From: Syntrophales bacterium
GTDB lineage: Bacteria > Desulfobacterota > Syntrophia > Syntrophales > PHBD01
Assembly: GCA_963668175.1 (NCBI GenBank)
Contig: OY764159.1
Span: 672,001 to 736,000 of the forward strand
Reading direction: 5' to 3'
Length of the DNA stretch: 64,000 nt
This document shows positions 21,099-31,312 of this stretch, in pieces; position 1 is the first letter of the stretch, and every line of letters begins with the position of its first letter. Both the position numbers and the translations under genes were made by a program. The notes under the pieces were generated by a model that was given only the letters and a program-made list of their open reading frames with translations, was not told the origin of the DNA and made no database searches.

Positions 21099-21278
21099 AT
21101 GGCATATGTAATTTCAGATGATTGTATTGCTTGCGGCTCCTGTGAGGACGAATGTCCTGTTGAAGCTATCAGCGAGGGTGAAGACAAGTACGTCATCGAT
21201 CCCAAGTTATGCACGGATTGCGGAGCTTGTGCAGATCAATGTCCGGTTGAAGCCATTGTTCCCGGTGACGAGAAATAG
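21099..21278 (+). CDS. fdx: 2[4Fe-4S] clostridial-type ferredoxin (59 aa; not in ORF track)
   Basis: MAYVISDDCIACGSCEDECPVEAISEGEDKYVIDPKLCTDCGACADQCPVEAIVPGDEK; AAGGAG RBS. Confidence 0.95.
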   Translation: MAYVISDDCIACGSCEDECPVEAISEGEDKYVIDPKLCTDCGACADQCPVEAIVPGDEK

Positions 21279-21403
21279 CGTTTCTGAGCAGTAAAACACG
21301 GTGGGGGAAACAGCCCGCGGAACAGGGTGTTTCCCCTGTTGATTTTTCATGAAACGAAGAGGGCCGCGGTGCATAAGACCGCGATGGATCACGGGGCACT
21401 CTG

Positions 21404-22066
21404 ATGGGGGTACTGGTCACTTTTGAAGGTATTGAAGGCTGCGGCAAGACCACCCAGATGGGGATGGCGGCAGCTTTCTTGAGGGATAAATCGTTCAAGA
21501 CCGTGACGACGGAGGAGCCGGGCGGGACGCCGTTAGGCAGGAAAATCAGGGAAATTCTTTTAAACAAATCTTCTTTCGATATCGGAACCGAAGCGGAATT
21601 GCTCCTTTTCCTGGCTGCCCGGGCTCAGCATGTACAGGACGTTATTCTGCCTGCCCTGCATGACGGCTGCTGGGTGCTTTGCGACCGTTTCTCCGATGCG
21701 ACCATCGCCTACCAGGGTTACGGCCGGGGCATTCCGATCGATCAAGTGATCGCCCGGATCAACTGTTTCTCATCGACGGCGTTAAAACCGGATCTCACAT
21801 TTCTGTTCGATCTGCCGGTGGAAAAAGGCCTTGGCCGTGCGATGATGAGAATTGCCGGCAATCAGGGACTGCCGGCGGAGGACCGGTTTGAACGGGAAGC
21901 CTTGGACTTCCACAAGCGGGTGAGGGAGGGGTATCTCGCCTTGTCCAGGAATGAACCGGAACGGTTCCGCGTCATCGACGCATCGGGCGGCATAACGGAG
22001 ATCCAGGAAGAGATACGCATTCACCTTTCTCTATTCAATACGCAACATACAAAAGACAAAGGTTAG
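21404..22066 (+). CDS. tmk: Thymidylate kinase
   Basis: FEGIEGCGKTTQ, EPGG, LCDRF, AYQG. Confidence 0.96.
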   Translation: MGVLVTFEGIEGCGKTTQMGMAAAFLRDKSFKTVTTEEPGGTPLGRKIREILLNKSSFDIGTEAELLLFLAARAQHVQDVILPALHDGCWVLCDRFSDATIAYQGYGRGIPIDQVIARINCFSSTALKPDLTFLFDLPVEKGLGRAMMRIAGNQGLPAEDRFEREALDFHKRVREGYLALSRNEPERFRVIDASGGITEIQEEIRIHLSLFNTQHTKDKG

Positions 22067-22089
22067 TACCTTATCGCCCAGGGGGCAGC

Positions 22090-23061
22090 ATGTCGTTTGC
22101 AAAGGTTTTCGGCCATCAGAAACAGATTGCGATCTTGAAGAGCAGCCTGGAGCGGGACCGGGTTCCCCATGCGTATCTGTTTTTCGGTATGCCGGGTATC
22201 GGTAAACGGACGACGGCCGAGATATTCGCGAGAGCCCTCAACTGCGAAAAAGGAATTGCCGATGCATGCGATGAATGTCCGTCCTGTCGCAAAATGGAGC
22301 ACGGCAACCACCCGGATGTTTTCTTCGTCAGGGCGGACGGTCAATTCATTCGCATCAAAGACATCCGAAATATGCAGGAACAGACCCGTTTTCGGCCTTT
22401 TGCGGGCGGAAGGAGAATTTTTATACTGGTCGACGCCGACAAGATGAACGCGGAAGCGGCCAATGCACTTTTGAAGACCCTTGAAGAACCCTCCCAGGCC
22501 ACGACGCTGATTCTGTTGAGCGCCCGCCACCACTCCCTGCCGCTGACGATTCTGTCGCGATGTCAGCATCTGCGATTCAATCCCTTGCCGCCGGAGACCG
22601 TCGCCTCGTTTTTGCGGAGTCGTCTGTCTATCAGCGAGGAGGACGCTATGCTCCTGGCGGCTTCGTCGGGCGGAAGCATAAGAAAAGCCCTCGACATGAA
22701 TCAGGACGGTTTCCTTAAACCCCGGAATGAAATTGTGGATCAGGTGGTAAAAAGTCATACCAATGATCCTTTGAAGATGTTATCATTTCTGGGCAGTATG
22801 GGGAAAGATAAGCAGGACGTATTGAGCAGGCTTGAAATCTTGAAGATATGCTACCGGGATGCCATGGTGTTCAAGGAAACGGGCGAAATAGGGCTCCTCT
22901 TGAACCAGGACCGCCTGGAATCGATCAAAGATATTGCCGGGAGACTTTCGTCCCATAAAATGTTGGACAATATTAAAAATATAGATGCAACATACCGGGC
23001 CATAGAGCAGAACGCCAATCGATCGCTGGTCTTGGAAGCTTTGGCCTTCAAGCTTGTGTAG
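22090..23061 (+). CDS. holB: DNA polymerase III subunit delta'
   Basis: HAYLFFG..GIGK, Zn motif CDECPSC, HPD, ANALLKTLEEP, TILSRC; follows tmk. Confidence 0.92.
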   Translation: MSFAKVFGHQKQIAILKSSLERDRVPHAYLFFGMPGIGKRTTAEIFARALNCEKGIADACDECPSCRKMEHGNHPDVFFVRADGQFIRIKDIRNMQEQTRFRPFAGGRRIFILVDADKMNAEAANALLKTLEEPSQATTLILLSARHHSLPLTILSRCQHLRFNPLPPETVASFLRSRLSISEEDAMLLAASSGGSIRKALDMNQDGFLKPRNEIVDQVVKSHTNDPLKMLSFLGSMGKDKQDVLSRLEILKICYRDAMVFKETGEIGLLLNQDRLESIKDIAGRLSSHKMLDNIKNIDATYRAIEQNANRSLVLEALAFKLV

Positions 23062-23093
23062 CTCTAATTCAGGCAAACGGGGAGACGGGACTG

Positions 23094-23882
23094 TTGAAAA
23101 GAATAGTCGGGGTGAAGTTTAAAAAAGAAGGGAAGATATATCATTTCCACGCCTCCGATCTGCCTCTGCAAAAGGACGATCAGGTCGTGGTCCACACGGA
23201 CAGCGGTCCCGCCCTTGGAGTGGCGGCAACCGACGTGAGCGACGTTCCGGTCGACAAGCTGCCGGCAAATCTGAAAGATGTCTTGCGGGTTGCGACCGAG
23301 GCCGATCTGAAGAACCGGGAGGATATCCATCTCTTGGAGAAGGAATGTGGCCGGTTTTGCGGGGAGCGGATCCGGGAGCGGAATCTGCCGATGAAGCTGA
23401 TCAATGTGGAATGCCTATTTGACCGCAGCAAGGTCATCTTCTATTTTACGGCCGACAACCGGGTCGATTTCCGGGAACTGGTGAAAGACCTTGTTCAGAA
23501 GTTCAAGACCAGGATTGAATTGAGACAGATCGGCGCCCGCCATGAAGCACGGATCGTCAAAGGGATAGCCATTTGCGGGAGGGAAGTCTGTTGTGCCAAC
23601 ATGCTTATGAATCTTGATCGTGTTTCCGTCAAGATGGCCAAAGAACAGTCCATGTCTCTCAATCCGGAGAAAATTTCCGGGTTGTGCGGCCGGTTGATGT
23701 GTTGTCTGGCATTCGAATACGAAACATATGCCGGGATCAAGAAGCATTTGCCGAAATGCGGAAAGATCATTCAGACGGAACAAGGCGCGGGCAAAGTCAT
23801 CAGGCAGAATATCCTGGGCGGAGAGGTTACCGTGGAAATGGAGGACGGTAAGGAAATCACCGTTAAAATGGCTGATCTGTAA
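23094..23882 (+). CDS. PSP1/RicT (YaaT-like) protein
   Basis: FYFTADNRVDFRELVKDL, CGREVCC, KISGLCGRLMCCL. Confidence 0.9.
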   Translation: MKRIVGVKFKKEGKIYHFHASDLPLQKDDQVVVHTDSGPALGVAATDVSDVPVDKLPANLKDVLRVATEADLKNREDIHLLEKECGRFCGERIRERNLPMKLINVECLFDRSKVIFYFTADNRVDFRELVKDLVQKFKTRIELRQIGARHEARIVKGIAICGREVCCANMLMNLDRVSVKMAKEQSMSLNPEKISGLCGRLMCCLAFEYETYAGIKKHLPKCGKIIQTEQGAGKVIRQNILGGEVTVEMEDGKEITVKMADL

Positions 23883-23945
23883 AACCGGAGCCGGTACTAC
23901 CTCCCCTGGCAAGGTCATCACCATTCAGTGCAGAAAGGATCGCTG

Positions 23946-25844
23946 ATGAAAGAAGCTTATTATATAACGACGCCGATTTATTACGTTAATGCATCCCCGC
24001 ACATCGGCCACGCCTATACGACGATCGTCGCCGATGTCCTGGCAAGGTATCACCGTCTCAACGGTTATCGAACCTTCTTTCTGACCGGTACGGACGAACA
24101 TGGCGATAAGATCGCCGAAGCCGCGGCCAAGGCCGGCATCAATCCGAAGGAGTATACGGACGCGGTCAGCGCCCAGTTCAGGGAACTTTGGCCGGAATTG
24201 TCCATCACGAACGACTACTTCATCCGTACGACCGATGCCGACCATGTCGCCACGGTGCAATCCATCCTGCAAAAAATCTACGATACGGGGGATATCTACT
24301 TCGGGCATTATGAAGGTTTCTATTGTGTGGGCTGCGAGCGCTTCTATACGGAAAAGGAGCTTGTGGACGGCAAATGCCCGGATCATCAGACTGTTCCCGA
24401 ATACCGGAAAGAGAGCAATTATTTCTTCAAGATGAGCAAGTATCAGGATTGGCTGATCGAATACATCAACCGGAATCCCGATTTTATCCGCCCGGAACGA
24501 TACCGAAACGAAGTCCTCGCGTTTCTGCGGGAGCCCCTGGACGATTTGTGTATATCGAGACCAAAGACCCGCCTCACCTGGGGCATCAATCTGCCCTTCG
24601 ACGACCAGTACGTTACGTACGTCTGGTTTGACGCTCTGATCAATTATATTACTGCCCTGGGCTATCCGGACGGAGATAAATTCAAGACCTTCTGGCCTGT
24701 GGCCGAGCATCTCACCGCCAAGGACATTTTGAAACCCCACGGCATTTATTGGCCGACCATGTTGAAAGCGGCCGGCATCGATCCCTATCGGCATTTGAAT
24801 GTCCACGGCTATTGGAACGTCGACCAGAGCAAGATGTCCAAGAGCCTCGGCAATGTCGTGAAACCCTTAGACCTCAAGGACAAATACGGACTCGACGCTT
24901 TCCGGTATTTTCTGCTCAGGGACATGGTTTTCGGCCTTGATTCGAGCTTCAGCGAAGAAGCCTTCGTGCAGCGGGTCAACTCCGACCTGGCGAACGATCT
25001 GGGAAATCTGGTGAGCCGCAGCCTGACGATGGCCGTCAAGTATTGCAGCGGAAAGGTTCCCGCGTCAGCCCCGCTCTCTGAGGAAGAGCGGACGCTGACC
25101 GAAACGGCGGAGAAGACCGTCCGGGAAGTGAAGGAATGTTTCGCAGATATGTCGCTGCACAAGGCCCTGATCGCCATATGGGAATTCATCAACGCCGCCA
25201 ATAAATATATCGTGTCGTGCGAACCCTGGGTCCTGGCCAAAGATTCGGCCAATCAGGCCCGGCTTGAAGCCGTTATGTACCACCTGCTCGAATCGCTCCG
25301 GGTCATAGCGATACTGATTACGCCCTTTATGCCGGGCACCGCGAAAAGAATACTGGCACAACTGGGTATCGCCGATGAAGGTGGACTGAACTTCAGTCAC
25401 ATTGCCGCTTGGGGGGGGCTGCAACCGGGACTGGCCCTTCAAAAAACGGATTCTCTGTTCCCCCGGATCGAAGTGAAGAAGGACGAGAAGGTAAAGGAGA
25501 AAAAGATGACCGTGGATATCAAACCGGAAATAACCTATGACGAATTCGAAAAAGTAGATTTTAGGGTTGCGGAAATCCTGGAGGCGGAACCGGTTCCCAA
25601 ATCGAACAAACTGGTGCGGCTCAAAATCGATATCGGGGAAGAGAGGCAGATCGTGGCAGGCATCGCCAAGGACTACAAACCGGAAGAACTGGTGGGTAAA
25701 AAAATCGTGGTTGTCGCCAATCTGAAACCGACCAAGCTGATGGGTGTGGAGTCCCGGGGCATGCTTCTGGCCACGGATGCGGAGAACGGTTTGTCGCTGA
25801 TCGGTTTCGACCGGGTTCCCAAGACCGGGGCCAAGGTGCGCTGA
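23946..25844 (+). CDS. metG: Methionine--tRNA ligase with C-terminal tRNA-binding domain
   Basis: TTPIYYVN..PHIGH, YVWFDAL, KMSKS, C-terminal OB fold (NLKPTKLMGVESRGM). Confidence 0.97.
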   Translation: MKEAYYITTPIYYVNASPHIGHAYTTIVADVLARYHRLNGYRTFFLTGTDEHGDKIAEAAAKAGINPKEYTDAVSAQFRELWPELSITNDYFIRTTDADHVATVQSILQKIYDTGDIYFGHYEGFYCVGCERFYTEKELVDGKCPDHQTVPEYRKESNYFFKMSKYQDWLIEYINRNPDFIRPERYRNEVLAFLREPLDDLCISRPKTRLTWGINLPFDDQYVTYVWFDALINYITALGYPDGDKFKTFWPVAEHLTAKDILKPHGIYWPTMLKAAGIDPYRHLNVHGYWNVDQSKMSKSLGNVVKPLDLKDKYGLDAFRYFLLRDMVFGLDSSFSEEAFVQRVNSDLANDLGNLVSRSLTMAVKYCSGKVPASAPLSEEERTLTETAEKTVREVKECFADMSLHKALIAIWEFINAANKYIVSCEPWVLAKDSANQARLEAVMYHLLESLRVIAILITPFMPGTAKRILAQLGIADEGGLNFSHIAAWGGLQPGLALQKTDSLFPRIEVKKDEKVKEKKMTVDIKPEITYDEFEKVDFRVAEILEAEPVPKSNKLVRLKIDIGEERQIVAGIAKDYKPEELVGKKIVVVANLKPTKLMGVESRGMLLATDAENGLSLIGFDRVPKTGAKVR

Positions 25845-25916
25845 CAACGACTGTATTATCCGTTAGCAGGGGGGGGGGGACGGATCGAATAGATCAAAAA
25901 CCATTTAGGAGGGACG

Positions 25917-26555
25917 ATGATGTACGACTATTCGAAGTTCGCTAAACTCGTAATATGCTTCGTCGCAGCAGCGGCACTGCTGGGATGCGGCGCCGGCGGC
26001 ATGAAGGTGACCCTGAAACAGGATAATTACAAGCCCGGCTTCAGGTCGGGGGAATTCAGCCGTTACAAGGGCAAAACGGTTATTCTGGACAATTTCATCA
26101 ATCAGGCCGCCAATACGAGGTCCTGGAGTTATGCCAGTGCCGATCAGAAGGTCACCTACGAGGCCACGGAGCACCTGGAATCGTACATGTGGTATTGCTT
26201 CAAGAAGGCCTTCGATTTCACCGGCATGAAAGTTCTCGATGCCACCTATGGGGGGAATTATAATCCCTATTACCATCCCTGGTGGGGGCCGCGGCCTTAC
26301 CAGCAGCCTGCCGCAGGGGTTCCGAAAGGTGTTTCCGATTTCCAACTGGTCTTAAAGTCTCTGACGGATCAGGAATGGGTGGTTCAGGTACTGGTGTTTA
26401 AAGACGGTGAAACCAAACTGCAGAAAGACTTTACGGTAACGGTCCCGCCGACGACAAGCCAGGACAAGGCCGAGCTTGAAGCACGGGCGTATCGGACGGT
26501 GGATCAGCTGGTGACGACCGTTTTCCGCGATCGGGAATTCCAGAGAGCCTTTTAA
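25917..26555 (+). CDS. Hypothetical lipoprotein
   Basis: Lipobox LLGC; AGGAGG RBS; no recognisable domain. Confidence 0.65.
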   Translation: MMYDYSKFAKLVICFVAAAALLGCGAGGMKVTLKQDNYKPGFRSGEFSRYKGKTVILDNFINQAANTRSWSYASADQKVTYEATEHLESYMWYCFKKAFDFTGMKVLDATYGGNYNPYYHPWWGPRPYQQPAAGVPKGVSDFQLVLKSLTDQEWVVQVLVFKDGETKLQKDFTVTVPPTTSQDKAELEARAYRTVDQLVTTVFRDREFQRAF

Positions 26556-26593
26556 CAGCTTGTCGAAAGACGCGATTTTCAACAGCCTTGTAA
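26552..26593. repeat. Short copy of the palindromic element at 11335-11455
   Basis: TTAACAGCTTGTCGAAA and CGATTTTCAAC are identical to 11335-11365; ends AGCCTTGTAA. Confidence 0.6.
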
Positions 26594-26596
26594 TAG

Positions 26597-26632
26597 AAGG
26601 CCGCCCCGGATCCGTTCCGCGGCGGCCTTTTC
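26597..26632. terminator. Probable intrinsic terminator between convergent genes
   Basis: AAGGCCGCC...GGCGGCCTT stem followed by T residues. Confidence 0.6.
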
Positions 26633-26660
26633 GTTGAGGGTATTTTAAAACCGATTCCCG

Positions 26661-28022
26661 TCAGGGTTTCGGAAAACCTGCGATAGCCTTCAAAGCCCTC
26701 TCAATCTCCGCATCGGGCAGTTCGTAAGGCAGGAGCTGTCCCGACAGGAACGCATCGTATGCGGCCAGATCGATGATGCCGTGGCCGCTCCAGTTGAAGA
26801 GGATCGTTTTCTCCTTGCCTTCCTCCTTGGCCCGTCTCGCTTCCGCGACAACGGCGGCGATGACGTGATTGGTTTCCGGCGCCGGGATGAAGCCTTCGGC
26901 CCGCGCCCATTTTATCCCCGCTTCAAAGGTTTCCACCTGGTTGTAGGATTGCGCCTCGACGATCTTCTCCTTGACCAAGTGGCTTATGATCGGCGCCATG
27001 CCGTGATAGCGGAGACCGCCGGCATGGATGGGCGCCGGTACGTAATCGTGGCCCAGGGTGTACATGGCGAGGAGAGGCGTCATCCTGGCGAGATCACCGA
27101 AATCGTAAGCGAAGGGACCCCGCGTCATCGTCGGGCAGGACGAGGGTTCCGCCCCGACGATGCGGACTGTCTTGCCGTGGATCTTGTCCCGGACATAAGG
27201 CAGGGAGATGCCGGCGAAATTGCTGCCGCCGCCGGCGCAGCCCATAACCACGTCGGGATAGACGCCGATCTTTTCCATCTGTTTTTGTGCTTCCAGTCCG
27301 ATGATGGTCTGGTAGAGGAGGACGTGGTTCAAAACGCTGCCCAGCGAATAGCGTGAATTGGCATGGGTCACGGCATCTTCGACGGCTTCGCTGATGGCGA
27401 TTCCCAGGCTGCCCGGAGAATCGGGATGCTCGGCGAGGATGCGCCTGCCCGTTTCGGTAAGGTTGCTCGGACTGGGAATGCATTCCGCCCCCCATGTCTT
27501 CATCATTAGCCGACGGTAGGGTTTCTGCTCGTAGCTCACCCGGACCATGAATACACGGCATTCCAGGCCGAACATCTGACACGCCATGGAGAGCGCGCTT
27601 CCCCACTGCCCCGCCCCGGTTTCCGTGGCAAGGCGTTTAATGCCGAACTCTTTATTGTAATAGGCCTGCGGAATGGAGGCATTCGGTTTATGGGAACCCG
27701 CCGGGCTGACTCCCTCGTTTTTGTAGTAGATCTTTACCGGCGCATCCAGAAGTTTCTCGAAATTACGGGCGCGATACAGAGGTGAGGGCCGCCAGAGAAG
27801 ATACTTCTCCAACACGGGCTCGGGGATGTCGATCCACCTCTCCGTGCTGACTTCCTGCTCGATGATGTTCATGGGGAATATCGGCGCCAGGTCCTCGGCT
27901 GCCACCGGCTTCCCCGTTCCCGGATGGAGCGGCGGGCTCATTGGGGTGGGCATATCCGCCATGATATTATACCATTGCCTCGGTATTTCCCGATCCTCCA
28001 AGATGATTTTACTCTGTTCCAT
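26661..28022 (-). CDS. trpB2: Stand-alone tryptophan synthase beta-2 (TrpB2)
   Basis: IPRQWYN, GSHKPN (PLP Lys), ETGAGQWG, HAGGLRYHG, PAPETNH; no trpA nearby. Confidence 0.92.
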   Translation of the reverse strand: MEQSKIILEDREIPRQWYNIMADMPTPMSPPLHPGTGKPVAAEDLAPIFPMNIIEQEVSTERWIDIPEPVLEKYLLWRPSPLYRARNFEKLLDAPVKIYYKNEGVSPAGSHKPNASIPQAYYNKEFGIKRLATETGAGQWGSALSMACQMFGLECRVFMVRVSYEQKPYRRLMMKTWGAECIPSPSNLTETGRRILAEHPDSPGSLGIAISEAVEDAVTHANSRYSLGSVLNHVLLYQTIIGLEAQKQMEKIGVYPDVVMGCAGGGSNFAGISLPYVRDKIHGKTVRIVGAEPSSCPTMTRGPFAYDFGDLARMTPLLAMYTLGHDYVPAPIHAGGLRYHGMAPIISHLVKEKIVEAQSYNQVETFEAGIKWARAEGFIPAPETNHVIAAVVAEARRAKEEGKEKTILFNWSGHGIIDLAAYDAFLSGQLLPYELPDAEIERALKAIAGFPKP

Positions 28023-28117
28023 GATTCCTCTCCTTTTTTGTCCTCCCTGCGGTATTTTTCCGGCCGTCAAGCGAGACGGTTGAAATTATGCATATCCGTT
28101 CGAGACACAAGCCAGTG

Positions 28118-29323
28118 CTATACGTCGACATTGGACATCAAGCCCTTATGTCTTCGATACCAAAGATTCGGAGCGATCCGATAAAACAGTCGCGATATCG
28201 GACCGATGTATTCGTTGGTGCGGCGGTCGAATTGACACGCCTGAATGACTTGCTCCTTGATCTGACTCCGCGTGCTCCCTTCGTTGAATATCTTATAGGC
28301 GCAATGAAACAGCGGGCTGTACATGTTTTTCTTTTCCAGGTATTTATAAACGTTACGTATGGTGTTAGGGCCTTCCGGCGTCCCGTCGATGCGCTCCAGG
28401 ACCTTCAGATTGGTTTCAATGGGATTGCCCGTGTAATATTCGTAGAAATACTTCCCGTACCGGTAGTTCTTGCTGGCCTCGGACGAAATGGTGACATACA
28501 TGTCCCCCACGCCTGCCTGGCTGAAAAAGGCCTGAAAACTGCCTCCCAACAGCCTCGACAGGGAACGGACTTCGACACCCGACCTGGCAAAAATGGTGCC
28601 CGGGATGGAGCTGCCGAGTTCGAGGGAATCGGAGAGCCCCTTGATGTTGGCCACGATATTCTTGAGGGAGCCGCACGCCTCCACGCCGATCATGTCGAAG
28701 TTGTAATAGGACGTGAATTCCCTGCGGTTGAATTTGATGATATTGTTTTTGATAATCGTCGATATGCGCTTCTTGCCCGCCACCGTCACACAGACCGGGT
28801 TTCCCAGGGCGATATCGATATCGAAGAAGGGTCCGCCGATACAGGCAATTTCGTACTTATGGCGAATTTTGTAGAGGTTGCTGTTGATGAGTTGTGAAGG
28901 CGTCATCAGTTCTCTTGTCATCTCGTCGGCGGTGAGGCCCTTGATCGGGGAGATGAGGCAGGTACTGCCGGTCTTCTTTTCAAGCAGAGGTCTTAAATCG
29001 GCCAGAAAATTGGAGAGGCGGTTCATGGTAATGGTTGTCACGATGAAGTCGTTGTCTTCTACGAGTCTCTCGAGATCGTTAGTGGCAAAAACTTTAGGCG
29101 CCAGGCGCGGCACGTTGTCGATACCGCCGAGCTTTTTGGCCAGGTCTTCCGTGAGATGGATCGGGTTGAGATGATCCTGGTTTATGGCCCGACATACGCC
29201 GACGTCATGGTAATAGATGGTAACCTTCTTATTGTCCCTGCCGAACTTGTACGCAAAGGACGTTCCGAGTCTGCCGGGGCCTATAATGCCTATTCTGCCA
29301 GTATCATATTCCGGTGTCGCCAT
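28118..29323 (-). CDS. Divergent NAD(P)H-dependent glycerol-3-phosphate dehydrogenase family protein
   Basis: Rossmann GPGRLG, IKGL, GGP, GVEACGSLKN (catalytic Lys), AGVGDMYVT..S..SKN. Confidence 0.75.
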   Translation of the reverse strand: MATPEYDTGRIGIIGPGRLGTSFAYKFGRDNKKVTIYYHDVGVCRAINQDHLNPIHLTEDLAKKLGGIDNVPRLAPKVFATNDLERLVEDNDFIVTTITMNRLSNFLADLRPLLEKKTGSTCLISPIKGLTADEMTRELMTPSQLINSNLYKIRHKYEIACIGGPFFDIDIALGNPVCVTVAGKKRISTIIKNNIIKFNRREFTSYYNFDMIGVEACGSLKNIVANIKGLSDSLELGSSIPGTIFARSGVEVRSLSRLLGGSFQAFFSQAGVGDMYVTISSEASKNYRYGKYFYEYYTGNPIETNLKVLERIDGTPEGPNTIRNVYKYLEKKNMYSPLFHCAYKIFNEGSTRSQIKEQVIQACQFDRRTNEYIGPISRLFYRIAPNLWYRRHKGLMSNVDV

Positions 29324-29524
29324 TAAATAACCATGCTCCCGATTCGATTCCGTTCATCAAAACCTAAGCGTCACCTTATATGTAAATTAATGCATACCTG
29401 TCAAACATAATGTTCCCCATGATTTGATTCGCCCTTGCCGGTTCTTAAGATTCCCAAAGGGTCTTTATACGACTTGAGGACGTCATGTCCTGCTATGAAT
29501 CGATAAGACATGGCGAATGAGAGA

Positions 29525-30604
29525 TTATCGCTGAATAATATGGATGGCGGTGGCTTTAAACGATGCCGTCACGCTCATATCTTTGCGGAGCGACATGTTA
29601 TCGAGGGATTCTCCGGTAATGTAGGCGGCAAGGGGAAAACCGCAATCCAGAATGATTTTAAAAAATGGTCCCATGGCCCGGATATCGCGGATGACGGCCG
29701 GCAGGACGTTTCTGGCACTCGTGGCGGCCGATAGATGGTTCGTGCCGATGGTGACGTGTTCAGGCCGGATGCAGCACAGCACCCTGCCTTCCGTCGCTGT
29801 TCCCGCCACAGCCCGGATAAGCCGATTGTTGACGGACACGGTCAGGTCGCCGTCCCTGTTCGCGACCACTTGTCCTTCCAGGATCGTATCCGTTCCTACG
29901 AAGGAGGCGACGAAAGCGTTGCAGGGGTGGTTGATGATTTCCGAGGGAGTGCCTGTCTGAATAATTCTTCCCTCGTTCATGATAGCCATACGGTCGGCAA
30001 GACGAAGCGCCTCCATCTGATCGTGGGTCGCCATCAGAGCCGTCGTCCGGGTCTCGCGGAGTATTTTGAGGAGATCTTCGATAAGTCCCTCCCGCGTGGG
30101 CGGATCGAGAGATGCGAAAGGCTCGTCGAGAAAAATGATCTCCGGCTTTACGGCAAAGGCCCGGGCAAGATTCGTCCGTTGCGCCTCGCCCCCGGAAAGT
30201 TTGCGTGCGGAACGCCCGGCCAGGTGACGAATGCCGAATTGCTCCAAGGCTTCAGGGACCCGATCTTCGATTTCCGCTGTTGTCTTCTTCCTGATCCTGA
30301 GTCCTGCGGCTACATTGCCGAAGACGGTCGTGTCCAGAAGTAAAGGTTCCTGGAAAACGAAAGCAATCTGCCGTCGGTAGACCACAAGATTGTTACGGGC
30401 GATTTCCCGATCCTTGAAGCAGATCCGGCCCCGGTAAATGCCCAAAAGTCCGGCCAATGCCAGAAGAAAGGTTGATTTGCCTGTGCCGTTCGGACCGATC
30501 AGGGAAAAGATGGAACCTTCATCGACGGCAAAAGCAGGAATATCAAGAACGGTCACGCCGCCGCGTCTGACAACCAGGTTTTCTCCGGAAAGAAAATGCT
30601 TCAT
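29525..30604 (-). CDS. tupC: Tungstate ABC transporter ATP-binding protein with TOBE domains
   Basis: GPNGTGKST, LSGGEAQR, LDEP; C-terminal SARN...FKATA TOBE. Confidence 0.85.
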   Translation of the reverse strand: MKHFLSGENLVVRRGGVTVLDIPAFAVDEGSIFSLIGPNGTGKSTFLLALAGLLGIYRGRICFKDREIARNNLVVYRRQIAFVFQEPLLLDTTVFGNVAAGLRIRKKTTAEIEDRVPEALEQFGIRHLAGRSARKLSGGEAQRTNLARAFAVKPEIIFLDEPFASLDPPTREGLIEDLLKILRETRTTALMATHDQMEALRLADRMAIMNEGRIIQTGTPSEIINHPCNAFVASFVGTDTILEGQVVANRDGDLTVSVNNRLIRAVAGTATEGRVLCCIRPEHVTIGTNHLSAATSARNVLPAVIRDIRAMGPFFKIILDCGFPLAAYITGESLDNMSLRKDMSVTASFKATAIHIIQR

Positions 30605-30613
30605 GGTGTTCTG

Positions 30614-31312
30614 TTATCTCGGCCGTTCTCTCTGTTGGATGTGGGTAAGGAGGGCATTGATCGAAAACGCTAAAATAAGCAGGATAAATCCCAGGGCCAT
30701 GGCCAGATCGAAATTGCCCTTGCTCGTCTCCATGACGGTTGCGGTGGTCAACACGCGGGAGTAGCCCTTGATATTGCCACCGACCATGATGGACGCCCCG
30801 ACCTCCGAAATGACACCTCCGAATCCCGCCATAACGGCGGCGAGGAGCGGGAGGCGAGCTTCCTTGGCCAGCAGCCAGAGCATCTGGGCCCGGGTCGCTC
30901 CCAATGCCAGGATCTGGAGCCTTAAATTTCTCGGAAGCTGTTGAATAGCTGCCAGCGTGATTCCCATGACGATCGGTGTGGCGATGATGGCTTGGGCGAT
31001 GACGATAGCGGCCGGTGTGTAGAGAATGCCTAAGAATCCCAGCGGGCCGTTACGCCAAAGGAAGATCGTCACGAAAAGGCCGACCACAACCGGCGGGAGC
31101 CCCATCCCCGTGTTGACGAGACTCACGACTAACCTGCGGCCGGCGAAGCGGGAGAGGGCCAGTGCCATGCCGCCGGGGATACCTATGAAGAGGCTGATCA
31201 ATGTCGCCAACCCGGATATTTCCAGGGAGAGCAAGGTGATCCCCAGGACTTCCGGGTCCATCGTCACGAGCAGATAAAAGGCCTGCTTGAGGCCTTCGAG
31301 AATGATGTCCAT
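30614..31312 (-). CDS. tupB: Tungstate ABC transporter permease
   Basis: NTGMGLPPVVVGL, GFGGVISEVGA..VGGNI. Confidence 0.9.
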   Translation of the reverse strand: MDIILEGLKQAFYLLVTMDPEVLGITLLSLEISGLATLISLFIGIPGGMALALSRFAGRRLVVSLVNTGMGLPPVVVGLFVTIFLWRNGPLGFLGILYTPAAIVIAQAIIATPIVMGITLAAIQQLPRNLRLQILALGATRAQMLWLLAKEARLPLLAAVMAGFGGVISEVGASIMVGGNIKGYSRVLTTATVMETSKGNFDLAMALGFILLILAFSINALLTHIQQRERPR

